Of a stretch of 64,000 nt of DNA, positions 61,697 through 64,000 are shown in pieces (the stretch's first letter is position 1; each line of letters starts with the position of its first letter). The DNA lies in assembly GCA_001661245.1 (NCBI GenBank), contig KV454012.1, forward strand, positions 1,910,418 through 1,974,417, given 5' to 3'. The translations under genes were made by a program, and so were the position numbers. This DNA is from Pachysolen tannophilus NRRL Y-2460 (lineage: Eukaryota). Under the pieces are notes generated by a model that was not told where the DNA came from, searched no databases, and saw only the letters and a program-made list of their open reading frames with translations.

Positions 61697-61873
61697 GAGT
61701 GGTGTGAGTGGTGTAAATGGTGTGAGATGGTGTAGGATGCACTTACATAGTGGTGTGAGTGGTGTAAATGGTGTATGAGGTGTAGGATGTGAGTGGTGTG
61801 AGTGGTGTCGCTTCTAGTGGTTTGAGATGACACACAATGGTGTGCGATGTTAAGGGTTTGGTGTAGGGCGTGC
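61697..61873 (+). repeat. Degenerate GGTGT tandem array (telomere/Rap1-site-like)
   Basis: About 12 GGTGT cores, mostly at 9-10 bp spacing; the unit AGTGGTGTGAGTGGTGTAAATGGTGT...GGTGTAGGATG occurs twice. Confidence 0.8.
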
Positions 61874-62665
61874 ATTTTTTTTTTCTTTATTGAAAAACAC
61901 CAAACACGAAACACCACTCTTACAATTTTCAGGATCACGTATAGTTTTGACAATGTAATAATCACATAACCAGATTTAAAAAAAAATATATATATAAGCA
62001 AGATTTTATTTTATTCCAACCGCTCAACTGGCAAAAAATGCGGAAACGTCAGCATTTTTTTTGAAATTACAATTCGTAGTTGAAAAATAGAAAAAAAATA
62101 TTTTTAAAAGAGATTTTAATATCATAATTTAAAACCTATCTCTTTTTTGTCTGTATCTGTTCTCTTTTATACAGTCATAAATAAAAGAAAAAAAAAGATA
62201 AAATAAAATAAAAGGTGAAACCAAAAAGTTCCCATTATCTACTAGCACTTAACCAGTATACTCATCCATTAAGACACTCTGTGGAACTTTGTCGTATCCC
62301 ATTTGCACTTAGTGAGTTTTTATCAAAATTTCTATTTCTTTTCTAACTTTTTTTTTTTTTTTTTTTTTGGTTTTTTTTGCATCTTATTCTGTTTCAAATT
62401 TTAATCTTAATTTTTTTTTTTAAATAAAAAACAGTATTATTAAGAGACGGTAATTTCTTTATCTTTGCGTTCTTTTTTATTTTATTTTATTTTATTTAAA
62501 TATTTGTCTTTTTGATTTATTTATTTAATATATAATCAAGTGATTTTGTATCATATCTTTCTAATATCTAATTTTGTTTTATTTGAAATAAGGAATTGTT
62601 AAGAAATTAGGTATTTTTTTTTTAATTTTTTTTTTTTTTCTTAGTATAGATAGATATAGAGGATA

Positions 62666-64000
62666 ATGGCAACTTTATCTTCGCAAAAGGCGGATCCAAA
62701 GAATTGTACTAATAATAATAATAATAATAGTACAAGTACACCTATTGGTGAAAATGAAGTATTTCTGGAAAATTTTAATTCTAATCGTACAACAGATGAA
62801 TCATTGAAAGAAGAAGAATCAAGTACAATGGCAACAACTAAAAGAGTGAAAACAGATTTGAAGGAGGTTTCTAATAGTGAGGATGGAAATGGATTAAGTA
62901 TGAATAATATTACAGCGGCTGGTACCGCGGTTAGTAATGGTAATGGTAATGGTAATAGTAATGTTGGAGATAATTGTGGATCCAATTTCCATGGAAGTAG
63001 TAGGAAAAGACATAGACCATCTAGTCTTGATTTAAGAGATCATTCAAATTTACAACCAAATTCATTAAGGACAAAAGATGAATTAGGAAAAATTGCATTA
63101 AAGATTGTTTCTCCCGGTTTACCCCTGTTAAGTCCAACAATGCAAAATACAGTACTGATATCTAAAAATATAGAGTTGCAGCAAAAGCAGTTAATTGCAC
63201 TGAGGATGACCACACCAACTACAAGTACAGCAACTACAGCAACTACAGCAGCGGCGACGGCATTGGGGGCAGCGGCGCCAGCCGGTGCAACAGCGACGGG
63301 TGCAATGAATGCAAATGCAATGGGTACTGGAGGTCCATCGGCAGGAGGTCCACCAGCAGGATCTGTCAATTCATCTATTAACGCTATAAAAGCCAATGGC
63401 GGGAGTGCTGTGGTGGCGGCTAATTCAAATATTGAACCACAATTGGTCACAATTCCTCCTGCAGGTTTGAAATCAATAGGTCCTACCTCATCAATGTCTT
63501 CTTCTTCTTCAAATTCACAACATCATCAACATTCACAACAATCGACATCTGCAACAGGTCTAAGTGCAGATTTATCAAATCTTTCAATTCCAACTAAAAG
63601 ACTAAAGCGTGATAAAATCCCAACACCACTCAATGTTTCCGAATTGGTGAATGATGTTCCAAATCAACTGGTAAAATCTGCCCCTCCATTGAGATATTCC
63701 TATTATTCAAGACCTTTAGTATATCCATATCACAATCAGCAACCACAACAATTACCTTATCAACAACATACATCTCAACCATACCAATATCTGAGAACCG
63801 CAGTAGCTGGTGGCAGGAAAATCGTGAGACCTTATGGTCAATATCCACCATATCAACAGAAAGTTACTCCTTCACATCAAAACTTTTACAGATATCTGAC
63901 ATTACCATACTATACATCCACTTACCCTGGTGCAGCAGCGACTGCTGTCCAACCCCAACCTTTATACAACTCTCTCCCACCAGGACCGGCTCTTCATTTT
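62666..64000 (+). CDS. DIG1: Dig1-like MAPK-docking Ste12 regulator (runs off the window end)
   Basis: ATG at 62666; the frame stays open to 64000, so it is missing from the ORF track. Motifs RKRHRPSSLDL, LKIVSPGLP, KRLKRDKIPTPLNV (cf. ScDig1 KSLKRGRVPAPLNL) and KSAP. Divergent from CAM1 and near MNN9, as YPL049C/YPL048W/YPL050C are. Confidence 0.72.
   Translation, partial: MATLSSQKADPKNCTNNNNNNSTSTPIGENEVFLENFNSNRTTDESLKEEESSTMATTKRVKTDLKEVSNSEDGNGLSMNNITAAGTAVSNGNGNGNSNVGDNCGSNFHGSSRKRHRPSSLDLRDHSNLQPNSLRTKDELGKIALKIVSPGLPLLSPTMQNTVLISKNIELQQKQLIALRMTTPTTSTATTATTAAATALGAAAPAGATATGAMNANAMGTGGPSAGGPPAGSVNSSINAIKANGGSAVVAANSNIEPQLVTIPPAGLKSIGPTSSMSSSSSNSQHHQHSQQSTSATGLSADLSNLSIPTKRLKRDKIPTPLNVSELVNDVPNQLVKSAPPLRYSYYSRPLVYPYHNQQPQQLPYQQHTSQPYQYLRTAVAGGRKIVRPYGQYPPYQQKVTPSHQNFYRYLTLPYYTSTYPGAAATAVQPQPLYNSLPPGPALHF

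Noticed and set aside
61697..61873. CRISPR-like array or telomerase RNA template
   Set aside because: The DNA is eukaryotic, with no constant repeat plus unique spacers and no cas genes. Many degenerate copies do not fit a 1-2-unit telomerase template.

Overview
AT-rich, homopolymer-rich DNA from a budding yeast (Saccharomycotina) draft assembly with three N-gaps. It is not prokaryotic: it carries spliceosomal introns and a Pol III tRNA gene. About 21 protein genes and one tRNA-Thr(UGU) are present. In order: a 5'-truncated ORF (FHL1 by synteny only), PRE2, RPL11, a frameshifted SNT309/SPF27, SAT4, RVS161, SCAP, SNF6, GPI13, NPR3, an orphan Zn-finger/WRKY-GCM1-like gene, MEP2, tRNA-Thr, an ATG20-like sorting nexin, DUN1, a divergent HOL1-like MFS + YtcJ/NfdA-type amidohydrolase pair, a C2H2 factor, NOG1, LEE1, MNN9, EF-1B-gamma and a 3'-truncated DIG1-like gene. 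Main observations: (1) CTG codons appear not to encode Leu, most likely Ala, which would fit a Pachysolen-like CUG-Ala yeast; (2) a GATA-rich, divergent transporter-amidohydrolase pair looks like an uncharacterised nitrogen-scavenging module, followed by an orphan GATA cluster; (3) a full-length SCAP is retained; (4) the word AAGTCGTG recurs in many promoters; (5) an internal telomere/Rap1-like GGTGT array is present; (6) three fast-evolving orthologues (SNF6, DIG1, SNT309) are recognisable from short motifs plus synteny. All homology calls are from recalled protein sequences; no database search was run.
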